A DNA stretch of 64,000 bases from an uncultured Gemmatimonadaceae bacterium (GTDB lineage Bacteria > Gemmatimonadota > Gemmatimonadetes > Gemmatimonadales > Gemmatimonadaceae). The position numbers and the translations under genes were made by a program. Shown one piece after another: positions 1-9,424 of the stretch (positions within the stretch are counted from its first letter, which is position 1; each line of letters begins with the position of its first letter). Below the pieces are notes generated by a model. That model saw only the letters and a program-made list of their open reading frames with translations, was not told where the DNA came from and did no database searches. Location: assembly GCA_964411635.1 (NCBI GenBank), contig CAYPLP010000001.1, positions 437,805-501,804 on the forward strand. The letters are read 5' to 3'.

Positions 1-1208
1 TCCACGCGGTCGACACGAATCCATTCGCCGCGCTGGTTTTCAAGACGCACTCGGAACCGCACGTCGGCGAGGTTTCATACTTCCGGATCTTTTCCGGCCG
101 GGTCGTCACCGGTCAGGACGTCTACAACGCCACGCGTGACGGAACAGAGAAACTGGGCCACCTTTCCGTCCCTCAGGGGAAGGACCGGATAGAGGTTCCG
201 GCGCTGTGTGCCGGTGATATCGGTTGTGTGGCCAAGCTGCGGAACACCCATACGAACGATACGCTCTCCGTCCGGGACCACCCCGTACGGATTCCTCAGA
301 TTCTCTTCCCGGAGCCGCTGGTTCAGTTCGCGATACAGGCCACTTCGCGGCACGATGAGGAGAAGCTCCAGCAGGGTCTGCATCGCCTGCACGACGAGGA
401 TCCCACTTTCGAGACGCACTACAACAGCGAAACTCACCAGACCATCGTTTCCGGACTAGGGGAAAGGCACCTGGAAGTGTCTTTGGCACGACTGAAACGG
501 AAGTACGCAGTCGCAGCGGAACTCACCAAACCGCGCATTGCCTACCGTGAGACGGTGACGGCGAAGGGTGAGGGTCAGGGTCGCCACAAGAAGCAGACCG
601 GAGGTCGGGGCCAGTTCGGCGACTGCTGGATTCGCATGAAACCCCGGTCGCGCGGCGCAGGGTATGCCTTCGTCGATTCCATCGTGGGTGGGGTCATACC
701 GTCCAAGTACATCCCGGCGGTGGACAAAGGCATTCAGGAATCCGCGGCGCGTGGCGTCCTGGCGGGATACCCCATGGTTGATTTCGAGGTGGAGCTTTTC
801 GACGGTTCCTACCACTCCGTCGACTCGAATGAAATGTCGTTCAAGATGGCCGGGATCCTTGCCTTCAGGACGGTGGCACCCAAGTGCAAGCCGGTGCTTC
901 TCGAGCCGATCGACGACGTGGAGATCATTACTCCGGACGAGTATCTCGGCGACGTGATGGGAGATCTCTCGTCCCGCCGGGGTCAGATACTGGGCACCGA
1001 GTCAGCCGAGGTCGGAGGCACCCGCGTACGGGGACAGGCGCCCCAGGCCGAGCTGCACCTGTACGCCACTGACCTGAACTCCATGACGCACGGTCGCGGA
1101 ACGTTCACACGACGCTTCCGAGCATACGAGCAGGTGCCACCCGAGGCTGCCGCTCGCGTCATCGAGGAAGCCGCCCGCGAGAAGAAGGAGGAAGAGGTGG
1201 AGGTCTGA
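1..1208 (+). CDS. Elongation factor G paralogue (EF-G, C-terminal ~400 aa; 5' end outside window)
   Basis: The frame is open from position 3. The translation shows EF-G domain II-V motifs (FKT..DPHVGEVSYFRIFSG; KKQTGGRGQFGD; SNEMSFKMAG). There is no rpsG/tuf context, so it is probably a second EF-G copy rather than the canonical fusA. Confidence 0.85.
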   Translation, partial: HAVDTNPFAALVFKTHSEPHVGEVSYFRIFSGRVVTGQDVYNATRDGTEKLGHLSVPQGKDRIEVPALCAGDIGCVAKLRNTHTNDTLSVRDHPVRIPQILFPEPLVQFAIQATSRHDEEKLQQGLHRLHDEDPTFETHYNSETHQTIVSGLGERHLEVSLARLKRKYAVAAELTKPRIAYRETVTAKGEGQGRHKKQTGGRGQFGDCWIRMKPRSRGAGYAFVDSIVGGVIPSKYIPAVDKGIQESAARGVLAGYPMVDFEVELFDGSYHSVDSNEMSFKMAGILAFRTVAPKCKPVLLEPIDDVEIITPDEYLGDVMGDLSSRRGQILGTESAEVGGTRVRGQAPQAELHLYATDLNSMTHGRGTFTRRFRAYEQVPPEAAARVIEEAAREKKEEEVEV

Positions 1209-1262
1209 GGCCGCGGGCGGAACCGGGCCGGCGCCGCCCGACCCGGTCCCGGGACGGCAGTC

Positions 1263-3329
1263 CTACCTGGTTCCCTTGACGATCGTGGTCACCAGGCCCA
1301 CTGCCACCAGGTCAGCCGAACCTGGCGCGGCCCAGAGTTGTACCAGCATCCGATCGGTAGGTGATACGAGCGGCTTCCAGGCGGAACCATCGAAACGAAG
1401 GAGGGTGCCTTCGTCTCCACTGGCGTAAACGTCGGTGGGACCGGTTCCCCAGACGCTTCGCAGCATTTTCCGGGTGCCACTCGGCATCGTGTACCAGCGC
1501 CGGCCATCGAAGCGCAGGATCACCCCGTTGTCCCCGACGGCAAACAGATCCTCTGGCCCTGTTCCCCAGATTGCGCGCAGCACTTCGTTCGTGGGTGTGG
1601 CCATGGGGTTCCATCGACCGCCATCGAATCGCAGTACCGTACCCGAGTCGCCCACGGCGTAGACGTCGTTCGGTGCGAGGCCCCAGACGTGGCGCAGGAA
1701 CACCGAAGTCGGGCTTGCCATGGGAGTCCACCCGGTAAGAGTGGAGATCATGATCGTGCCGTGGTTGCCCACAATGAACGCCAGGTCCGGACCCGCTGAC
1801 CAGACCGACCTGAGCAGCGTCGGGACCGGGCTCTGCTGCGCCGACCAGGTGTTGCCGTCGTAGTGCAGGATGGTTCCCGTATCGCCTACGGCAAGAACGT
1901 TGTCCGCGGCGGAACCGTGGATACCAAACACCGTGTTCGCCGGTGGGGTGGTCTCCGGTTGCCAGCCACTGCCGGTCTGCCGCAGGACCGTACCACCGCC
2001 ACCAGCGGCCCACACCGGACCGGACGCCGAGCCCCACACGGTCATGAGCGCAGGAGCCGTGATTTCCGTCGTCCAGGATGGGTCCTCACCGCGGATTACG
2101 GTACCGTCCCAGCCCGCCATGACGAGCCGTCCCAGATTGTCTCCCCATACCGCTCTGAGGTTCTCGCTCGTCACGCGGGTTTCGAGGACCTTCCAGGTGG
2201 TCCCCGTCAGGCGCAGAATGATGCCGGTGTTGCCGACGGCCCAGGCATCCCCCGGTCCGCGTCCCCATATGGCGAACAGATTCCGGTTGGTCACCGGTGG
2301 TACCTGCTGCCAGGAGACGCCGTCGTAGTGGAGGGTGAGGCCGTTTATCCCGACTGCCCAGATATCCGTGGCGCTCGCCCCCCACAGCCCGAACAGAACG
2401 CTGGTGGTAGGTGACGGTACCACCGTCCAATCGACGCCATCGAAGTGGACGATCCGCCCATCCTGGCCGGCTGCCCAGACGTCGGTTGGCGATGATGCCC
2501 ATGCTGTCCACAGTTCCCAGCCGCGGTTCTCCGACAGCACCATCCAGGCGGATCCATTCCAGCGGAGCACGGTTCCGTCGATACCCACCGCATAGACTTC
2601 AGTCGCTGTCCGGCCCCACAACCCCAGGAGAGTAGTCGTGGTGGGACTGGACATCGGGGACCATGACGCGCCGTCGTAATGCAGGATGGTTCCGGTCGTG
2701 CCCACCGCGAATACGTCAGTTGCGCTGCTCCCCCAGACCCCAGTCAGGGTTTCGTTGGTCAAGGGAGGCTGCAGCGTCCATTCACCGCCGGTCGATTGCA
2801 GGATCACACCACTCTGTCCGACGGCAATCGCCAGACTGGTGGTGGCGTCGGCCCAGCTTCCCAGCAGGGAGACATCCGTCAGACCTTGTCGATCCACCTG
2901 CCAGGATACAGGGAGGGATGCCGGGACCACGGTCACGGTCGTCTGGGTCATCAGCGATCCGACGTGTGCGGCAATCCGCGTGGTCCCCGCTGCGATGGCG
3001 TGTACCTCACCCGAGGCGGACACCGTTGCGACGCCGGATACCGACGACTCCCATCGGACGGATGCTGTCGGCACACTCGCACCCTGGGAGTCCCTGGGCA
3101 CGGCTTCCAGTCTCAGATTCGTCCCTGGCACCAGCCATGCCGTTGCCGGGGTGACCTCGAGGGTGACCACCGATGCGTCGACTGGATTACCGGGAGACTC
3201 GTGCGCACAACCCGCGGTCAGTGCAACGCTCAGAAACAGCGCGACCAGGGGAAGACGGTCAGTCGGGGCAGGGATGGTTCCTGTTGGCCCGGGCTGTCTC
3301 ACCTTATCAAACCTTGTGGTACGAAGCAC
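1263..3329 (-). CDS. Lipoprotein with an N-terminal Big_2-like Ig domain and 14 tandem ~39-aa beta-propeller-like repeats
   Basis: It has a signal peptide with a lipobox (LTAGC) and a Big_2-like segment (VTPATAWLVPGTNLRLEAV). This is followed by 14 copies of the repeat WG-x-S/G-x-x-D-V-[FYW]-A-V-G-x-x-G-T-[IV]-L-[HR]-[YF]-D-G-x-x-W. The true start is probably a non-ATG codon downstream of 3329. Confidence 0.7.
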   Translation of the reverse strand: MLRTTRFDKVRQPGPTGTIPAPTDRLPLVALFLSVALTAGCAHESPGNPVDASVVTLEVTPATAWLVPGTNLRLEAVPRDSQGASVPTASVRWESSVSGVATVSASGEVHAIAAGTTRIAAHVGSLMTQTTVTVVPASLPVSWQVDRQGLTDVSLLGSWADATTSLAIAVGQSGVILQSTGGEWTLQPPLTNETLTGVWGSSATDVFAVGTTGTILHYDGASWSPMSSPTTTTLLGLWGRTATEVYAVGIDGTVLRWNGSAWMVLSENRGWELWTAWASSPTDVWAAGQDGRIVHFDGVDWTVVPSPTTSVLFGLWGASATDIWAVGINGLTLHYDGVSWQQVPPVTNRNLFAIWGRGPGDAWAVGNTGIILRLTGTTWKVLETRVTSENLRAVWGDNLGRLVMAGWDGTVIRGEDPSWTTEITAPALMTVWGSASGPVWAAGGGGTVLRQTGSGWQPETTPPANTVFGIHGSAADNVLAVGDTGTILHYDGNTWSAQQSPVPTLLRSVWSAGPDLAFIVGNHGTIMISTLTGWTPMASPTSVFLRHVWGLAPNDVYAVGDSGTVLRFDGGRWNPMATPTNEVLRAIWGTGPEDLFAVGDNGVILRFDGRRWYTMPSGTRKMLRSVWGTGPTDVYASGDEGTLLRFDGSAWKPLVSPTDRMLVQLWAAPGSADLVAVGLVTTIVKGTR

Positions 3330-4056
3330 GTGCGGCTTCCCGCTGGTCTCCTGCCGTGTAGATCTCGAAGTCAGAGAAGAATGCCGGCGCTTCCTGCTGC
3401 ATGAGCCGGATCAGCATCAGCGCCAGGCGACGGATCTCCATCTCCGCGCCTTCACCGGCACGCAGCTCCAGCATCTGGCGCCAGGCGCGGACGTTGGCCG
3501 TCACCACGACCTTCGTCTCCGTCGAGTTGGGTAGAACTCCTCGTGCTGCCTCCCGCGCCATCTTGCGTCGGTGCACGCGGTCGCTGACCCAGGCGTAACG
3601 CTCCATCAACTGATCCACGAGTGCCACGTAGCATGCCTGGGCGGACTCAACCTGCGCCTTCCAGACACTCTCCAGTGCCGCATCACCAATGATCGCGGGA
3701 GGCACCACGAAATCCGCCACCGATTCATCCACATAACGCTGGCTCAACTGCGAATACGCGAAGCCCGCCCGATGCCGGACCAGTTCGTGCGTGAGCGAAC
3801 GGCTGATTCCTTCCAGGAGGAGGGAATAGTTCGCGTGCTCCAGCACACTGCCGTGGGCCTGCTTCTTGATGTTCTCCAGGTAGTCCGCGGTGGTGCGCTC
3901 GGCGGGATTTCGCTGGCTCATGTAACACAGGCGTCCGGCGAACTCGGCCAGACGCTCTCCATCGGTACTGCGTCCGATCCAGTGAACCGGGAGGTGTTCC
4001 GGTTCCAGAAAGGCGGGACGCGACAGGATGGAAACACGGGGCTCGTAGAAGAACAT
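3307..4056 (-). CDS. thyX: Flavin-dependent thymidylate synthase ThyX
   Basis: The ThyX signature RHRxxxxxxxS is present (THELVRHRAGFAYSQLSQRY). The length, ~249 aa, is typical of ThyX. Confidence 0.85.
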   Translation of the reverse strand: MFFYEPRVSILSRPAFLEPEHLPVHWIGRSTDGERLAEFAGRLCYMSQRNPAERTTADYLENIKKQAHGSVLEHANYSLLLEGISRSLTHELVRHRAGFAYSQLSQRYVDESVADFVVPPAIIGDAALESVWKAQVESAQACYVALVDQLMERYAWVSDRVHRRKMAREAARGVLPNSTETKVVVTANVRAWRQMLELRAGEGAEMEIRRLALMLIRLMQQEAPAFFSDFEIYTAGDQREAARASYHKV

Positions 4057-4217
4057 GTCGGAGCGCAGTCGGAGGTGCGGTTGGGTGACGCGGGAAAACT
4101 ACATGAACACTCTGCCGGTTGGGATGACGCACGGTAAGGGAGGGGTACCTTGCCGTGCAGCCGCCGGAGCTGTAGGGTCCGGGACAAGCACGGTCGGATC
4201 CGGTCCAGGAAGGCGCC

Positions 4218-5444
4218 ATGACTCCCGCCAGGAAGTACTCGTCAGGCACGGCATCGGTTCTGTTTCCCGTCCTGGTGATGCTGCTGGTCACCGCTGCCGG
4301 GATCTTCCGGGGCGCCGATACGCGGGATGCCCAGTTGCGTCGCGTTTCCGCCGACACGACGTTCGCGGCCACCGTCGAGCGACTCTCGGAGTCCCCGGGC
4401 TACTTCGACTCGGACAACCTCATTTCCAATGAGACCTCGTACCTGCACGCGGTGTCCTACCTGCGGGCCGCGGGAATCGTGGGCGGTGCCTTCATAGGTG
4501 TCGGGCCCGACCAGAACTTTTCCTATATCGCGGCGATTCGGCCGTCGATCGCGTACATCGTGGACATTCGACGGGACAACCTGTTGCTGCATCTGATGTT
4601 CAAGGCGCTCTTCCAGAGGTCACGCAACCGACTCGAGTATCTCTGCCGCTGGCTCGGACGACCCGTCCCACCCGACGTGGATTCCTGGACAGGGAGGCCC
4701 ATCTCCGCCATCCTGTCCGGCTTTGACCGGATCAGCCCGGACTCAGCGGTGGCTTCGGCAGAGGCGGATACGCTCATTGCCGTCATCGCGACCTTTGGTC
4801 TACCCATCAGCGGGGAAGACTCGGCGACGATCCGTCGTTTCCATCATGAGTTCGCGAGCCACGGCCTGGAACTGCGCTTCACCAGCAAGGGCCGTTCACC
4901 ACGCTACTACTATCCCACGCTCAGGCAACTCATCCTGGAACTGGACCTGGAGGGAAACGAGGCCAGTTATCTGGCGTCCGAAGCCGCGTGGCGGGTGGTT
5001 CGGGACCTGCAGATCCGGAACCGGATCATTCCGGTGGTCGGCGATCTGGCCGGCAGTTTCGCCCTCCACGCAATCGGGCAGGATGCCGCTGCGCGAGGTG
5101 AGGTCGTCTCGGCATTCTACGTTTCGAACGTCGAGAACTATCTATGGCGCAGCGGGACTTTTCCGCAGTTCGCCGTGACCACGGCTCACCTGCCACGCTC
5201 GCCACGCTCCGTCATGATCCGGTCCTTCTTCGGTGGTGGCTTCGGACAGGCGCATCCGCTCAACAGACCACCGTACTACAGCACCCAGCTGGTACAGACT
5301 CTGGACGATTTTTCGCGTCGCCAGGCGCTGGGATGGTCGTCCTACTGGGAACTGATCACGGAAGGAAACCGGATCCAGCCCCCGGAGAGGGAGTGGGGTC
5401 GGAGCCCGGGGAACGACGGACGAGCGCCTTCGTCGTATCGATGA
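4218..5444 (+). CDS. Hypothetical membrane-anchored protein (N-terminal TM/signal anchor, ~380-aa conserved-looking domain)
   Basis: It is a long ORF with a hydrophobic N-terminus (VLFPVLVMLLVTAAGIF). It has no recognisable catalytic motifs. Its low-complexity C-terminal tail overlaps the convergent tonB-like gene. Confidence 0.55.
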   Translation: MTPARKYSSGTASVLFPVLVMLLVTAAGIFRGADTRDAQLRRVSADTTFAATVERLSESPGYFDSDNLISNETSYLHAVSYLRAAGIVGGAFIGVGPDQNFSYIAAIRPSIAYIVDIRRDNLLLHLMFKALFQRSRNRLEYLCRWLGRPVPPDVDSWTGRPISAILSGFDRISPDSAVASAEADTLIAVIATFGLPISGEDSATIRRFHHEFASHGLELRFTSKGRSPRYYYPTLRQLILELDLEGNEASYLASEAAWRVVRDLQIRNRIIPVVGDLAGSFALHAIGQDAAARGEVVSAFYVSNVENYLWRSGTFPQFAVTTAHLPRSPRSVMIRSFFGGGFGQAHPLNRPPYYSTQLVQTLDDFSRRQALGWSSYWELITEGNRIQPPEREWGRSPGNDGRAPSSYR

Positions 5445-6159
5445 TGCGAAACGCAAAGGGCTGCTGCACCAGTTGTCGCACCAGCCGACTGGCCATGACC
5501 GCCGGCCGGAAGCGCATCTGTGGCAGTGCCGCCTTGACGGCCTTCGCAAACTCCGAGTGTGTGGCGCTGAGCACCCGGAAAGTGGCGGTGTCGGCACGCC
5601 CCAGGGTATCGACCACATACTGAACGATCACGAACCCCTCGATGTGCCGCTTCAACAACCGGTCCGGGTACGATGGAGCTGCTCCGTCCTCGTAACGCAC
5701 CACGGCGCTGTCCACCTGGAACTCCAGCATGATGGAGTCACCGAGTGCCAGCGCCGGACGGGACTCGAAGGCCTTCATGGCCAGATCGACCTCATTGGTC
5801 CTGCCTCGCGGGACCACAATCTCCAGGCGGGGTTCGTCACCAGAGGGCTTCTTCGGCGTTTCCGCTGCAAATCCCGACCCCGTGCCACGCAGCAGCGACG
5901 TGAACGTTACGGTCTCCTGCTGCGGACGTGTACCCGCAATACGGTCGCGCGGCATCAGGAACTCGACGGGGCTGGTCAGCGGTCCGGCATCCGGCTTCGA
6001 CTTCACCACGTGGGGGTGGAGGACAATCCAACCGGCAATCAACAGCAGGTGCGCCATGGCACTGGCACCGGCGCCCTCTATCATGGCGCGGGTGGCCAGC
6101 GCGGCACGCTGCGATTCGAGGAGGCGGGCAAAGATCATGGTAGCACTGTCAGCATGCAC
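5356..6159 (-). CDS. TonB-family energy transducer (TonB C-terminal domain protein)
   Basis: It has an N-terminal TM helix, a Pro-containing linker, and a C-terminal TonB_C-like segment (IEGFVIVQYVVDTLGRADTATFRVLSA...LPQMRFRPA). An alternative start at the internal Met (MIFARL, ~6138) is possible. Confidence 0.7.
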   Translation of the reverse strand: MHADSATMIFARLLESQRAALATRAMIEGAGASAMAHLLLIAGWIVLHPHVVKSKPDAGPLTSPVEFLMPRDRIAGTRPQQETVTFTSLLRGTGSGFAAETPKKPSGDEPRLEIVVPRGRTNEVDLAMKAFESRPALALGDSIMLEFQVDSAVVRYEDGAAPSYPDRLLKRHIEGFVIVQYVVDTLGRADTATFRVLSATHSEFAKAVKAALPQMRFRPAVMASRLVRQLVQQPFAFRIIDTTKALVRRSPGSDPTPSPGAGSGFLP

Positions 6160-6278
6160 TCACGTCCCGAAGACGCTATTGATATGTATCGCGTCTACGG
6201 TCGGACGAGGCAAGTGATGGAACGACGGGCGGTAGCTCTGGCGCCGTGAACGGCAGAAGCGCCCGCCGTCTCACCCGC

Positions 6279-6782
6279 CTACTTCGCTATCACCCTCACG
6301 CCCGGCACGGGCCGCTTCTCTCTCGGGCCGCTCGGGATCATGCGGCGGGCACGCCACCCCAGATATCCGAACGCCAGGGCAGCGAGCAAATGCTTCAGGG
6401 CGGCACGGACCGCCGCAGAGCGAAAAGCAGCCTGACCTTCAGCAGGGATCTGAACCCGGAGCTGGAGGACATCGAATATGAATCCGATCAGCAGCAGCAG
6501 CAGCGTTGCAGCTCCCAGGAGACACAGCACCACCAGGATGCGCTGGACGGCCTTGTGACTGCGCACCGCCGCCACCACCAAGGCAAGGGCGAAACCCAGG
6601 ATCGGCGTAAGTGTGTAGCCAGAGAGGAGGCCCACGGTGGCGAAGCGCCACTGCACGCTCCCGGCCTGGGGCGTGCCTATGCTCATCAGGAAATCCAGTG
6701 CCGGCATCAACACGAGCAGGCCCGCCACGACATAGAGCGGACCGGCAAGGGCGTCTTCTGGATCCAGTTGTTTGGAGGCCAT
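6279..6782 (-). CDS. Hypothetical integral membrane protein (4 predicted TM helices)
   Basis: The hydrophobic segments are clear. The antisense + strand ORF is not protein-like. The start is assigned to the internal Met (MASKQ). Confidence 0.5.
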   Translation of the reverse strand: MASKQLDPEDALAGPLYVVAGLLVLMPALDFLMSIGTPQAGSVQWRFATVGLLSGYTLTPILGFALALVVAAVRSHKAVQRILVVLCLLGAATLLLLLIGFIFDVLQLRVQIPAEGQAAFRSAAVRAALKHLLAALAFGYLGWRARRMIPSGPREKRPVPGVRVIAK

Positions 6783-6850
6783 TGTGGAGGCAGCAGTGGT
6801 GTATTGACAGGACGAACCTGACGGCGGACACATCACAGCGCCACGGGCAG

Positions 6851-6886
6851 AAAAAAGAAACGGGCCGGGGTGCTGGGCCCCGGTCC
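6851..6886 (-). terminator. Rho-independent terminator (GC stem ccgggg/ccccgg followed by U-tract on minus strand)
   Basis: The hairpin lies at 6862-6886 and the plus-strand A-run at 6851-6860 gives a U-tract on the minus-strand transcript. It sits about 290 nt downstream of the patatin-like gene. Confidence 0.5.
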
Positions 6887-7178
6887 GTTACAGCAGCGCG
6901 GAAGGGGACGCGCTGCGCAGATACGATCTTGGGCTCGCCGAACCCGGCCCGGATCCATCCGGCACGTCATGGAGAGCGGGCGGGCCACCACAACGCAGAA
7001 CCGGGTCGGCGTGCTTCCGTGCCTTGGAGCACCCTTCGTGCCGTGACGCGACCCACCCCATCCGTACCAACGGTAAGTGATGGAGCGGTATTGTGTTACA
7101 TAACGTGACCGCTTCCGGGGGGTTGGCCCAGGCGCCAGAGATTCCTGTCCGCATCGCGTACGTCTGGTTGCACCACCG

Positions 7179-8363
7179 CTACACTTCCACCGGGCTGGTC
7201 AGGAACGCTTCGATGCGGTCGGCGTTGGCTTCGGCGTCGGCCTCTCCCAGCGACACCAGTCGCTGCAGATAGTTCTCCTGGAACATCAGCAGGCTCAGGA
7301 TATCAGGACTGGCCGTCCGACGCGTGCCCAGGCCCCGAGTCAGGTAACGAAACACCTTGGGGAGACGCGGTTCGAACTCCGCGGCCAGGCGCCCCAGATC
7401 CTCGGAGGGTCGCAGGACCAGGATCTCCACCCTGCGCATCCCGTCACGCTGGTCCTCCGGAAGTTCTTCGATCAGACGGTTCACCCGCTCCAGCCGGAGG
7501 ATGTCTTCATCGATGAGATCCAGAAAAATCGAGTTGTAGAGCACACTCAGAACCTGTGCGGGTGGCGGATAACCAGCGGTCAGTGGTCGGTCCGCTTCCG
7601 CCCGGGAACGGGCGTAACGCGTCGCAATGGTCAGGATACGACTGGCTCCCAGGTGCAGTGGCGGAGAAAGTGGCGCCGTGAGACGGACGCCGCCGTCACC
7701 GAACCACTCGTCGCCCACGCGTACCGCCGGGAACAACATCGGCAGCGCGCTGGACGCCATCACGTGATCAATGGTCAGACGCGAAGCCTCGCTGCGGCGC
7801 TGGGGTCGCTGCCAGAGTTCAATGTCGCGACCCTCGACCCATGTGACGGATTGCCCGGTAGTGTAGCTCGTCGCGGACAGTGCCACGGCGTGAAGGCGTC
7901 GGTCGCGGAGGTTTGCATCGATGCCCGGGAGCGAACCGTCCGCGTTGGTCAGCAGAACCCGTTGCAGGAGATGCCGCAGGGGGTCGGTATCCAGCATCCC
8001 GCGGGTGGGTTCGGCGCGGTCGTGCCCGCCTCCCACCAGTCTGGCTGCCCAGCGAAACATGTTGAGCAGGAGATTGGACGGCTTGACGTCGAAGACCTGA
8101 TCGGGTGTCAGACCGAGCCAAAGTTGCACCAGGGACTCGCTTGCCTCGGGCAACGTGCCGCGTTGAGCCGCAAGGAACACGGTGTTGAGTGCGCCGGCGG
8201 AAATGCCGGTGAAGATGTCGAACCTGAGTGACGGGTGCCTTCGCGCCAGCCCACGTAGCACGCCGGCCTGATAGGCGCCGCGTGCCCCACCTCCACCCAG
8301 CATCAGCGCCAGGCGATCACCTGGTCCGTGACTTCCCGCCGGGGTTGCTTCAGTGGTGCCCAT
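7179..8363 (-). CDS. Patatin-like phospholipase
   Basis: The oxyanion motif GGGxRG (LGGGGARGAY) and the nucleophile motif GxSxG (GISAG) are present, along with the DGG/DGGV catalytic Asp region (FGDGGVRL). Confidence 0.85.
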   Translation of the reverse strand: MGTTEATPAGSHGPGDRLALMLGGGGARGAYQAGVLRGLARRHPSLRFDIFTGISAGALNTVFLAAQRGTLPEASESLVQLWLGLTPDQVFDVKPSNLLLNMFRWAARLVGGGHDRAEPTRGMLDTDPLRHLLQRVLLTNADGSLPGIDANLRDRRLHAVALSATSYTTGQSVTWVEGRDIELWQRPQRRSEASRLTIDHVMASSALPMLFPAVRVGDEWFGDGGVRLTAPLSPPLHLGASRILTIATRYARSRAEADRPLTAGYPPPAQVLSVLYNSIFLDLIDEDILRLERVNRLIEELPEDQRDGMRRVEILVLRPSEDLGRLAAEFEPRLPKVFRYLTRGLGTRRTASPDILSLLMFQENYLQRLVSLGEADAEANADRIEAFLTSPVEV

Positions 8364-8477
8364 GACCTGCGCAAGATGGCCAGGGACCGGGAGCGCACAA
8401 GGGAGCCTTCAGGGCCGGTATCCGGTCTGGAAACAGGGCCATCGGGCGCCGGCACGACTGGAGAACTCCAGGGCTGA

Positions 8478-9323
8478 TTACACCGATGACAGGAAGTCCA
8501 GGAGCGGTGATTTTGGGGGCTTGATTTCGCCATGTTCGAGACGATCGAGCACCTGTTCCAGCGCCAGTTGCCCGCGCGCCACCTTGTTTCGCTGGGCTCG
8601 TGCGACCGCTGCGGCTGCGATGCCGGACAGCAGTGTCCAACCTGCTCCGATTCCGCCACCCAGCAATAGTGCGCCTGCTTCCGCTGACATCGACGCGAGC
8701 GCGACCACACCGGCGCCACCGGCCACGCCAACTCCGGCGACGGCACTTGCCCACCCGATGCTCTGACGGCGCCCGGACCCGAAATCGGCATCGAGACGAA
8801 CCAGTACGCGTCCGGCATCCACGGGTACCACGGTCACCCCCACCTCCGTCGCTGGGTGCAGCGCATAGGCCCGGCCGCCGAGATTGAACGACGCCTGGAC
8901 AGAACCGATGAAGTCACGACGCGCCTCCCACGTCAGCCGGTCGCTCAGACGCCGCCGGATTCGAAGCAGTTCCTCGCGCTGCATCCAGGCATCCACCGTT
9001 TGCAGCACTTCGTCAGGCGTCCCCTTGATGACCCGGGATGCGGCCGCCACGCCGGATCCGAACCAGGAGGCGACAACTCCGGATTCCGCGGGCGTCGCAA
9101 CCCGGCTACGCTCTTCGGCTATGGCCTGTCGCAGGTGGTCAGCGGAAAGACCTACTTCGTTTCCCAACTCCAGAAGCTGAGAGTCGGTCAGTCCATCCGG
9201 CGGTTCGGCCGTGCGTGCCTGCAGCTCGGCGGCGCGCGCGAGGACCCGTTCCAGGGCGGCGCGCCCCAGCGGGGCGACGGACGTTCCCGTCGATGCGACC
9301 GGATCAGGATTCTCGTTGGCCAT
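8478..9323 (-). CDS. Hypothetical protein with C-terminal glycine-zipper transmembrane region
   Basis: The long ORF is trimmed to the internal Met MANENPD. The C-terminus is rich in small-xxx-small repeats (GVGVAGGAGVVALA...GGGIGAGWTLLSGIAAAAV). Confidence 0.5.
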   Translation of the reverse strand: MANENPDPVASTGTSVAPLGRAALERVLARAAELQARTAEPPDGLTDSQLLELGNEVGLSADHLRQAIAEERSRVATPAESGVVASWFGSGVAAASRVIKGTPDEVLQTVDAWMQREELLRIRRRLSDRLTWEARRDFIGSVQASFNLGGRAYALHPATEVGVTVVPVDAGRVLVRLDADFGSGRRQSIGWASAVAGVGVAGGAGVVALASMSAEAGALLLGGGIGAGWTLLSGIAAAAVARAQRNKVARGQLALEQVLDRLEHGEIKPPKSPLLDFLSSV

Positions 9324-9424
9324 GTTCAGTCCGGCAGGTGCAGCGAGAATACTAACGGATCGTTCTTGCGGCGGGTTCCGGGGCGTGATGAAAAAGGTCC
9401 TGTCGCTTTCCCGGTACGCCCGTG

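Noticed and set aside
5473-6249. 258-aa + ORF overlapping tonB region
   Set aside because: It is antisense to the TonB-domain gene. The translation is not protein-like, being Arg/His/Gly-rich with no hydrophobic core pattern.
6246-6821. + strand 191-aa ORF opposite the membrane-protein gene
   Set aside because: The translation is Gln/His/Arg-rich and non-protein-like. The minus-strand ORF shows clear TM helices and was preferred.
7179-8363. Patatin-like phospholipase as a possible CBASS or defence effector
   Set aside because: No cyclase, E1/E2 or other defence partners are adjacent. Its neighbours are unrelated housekeeping or membrane genes. It is more likely a stand-alone lipid hydrolase.
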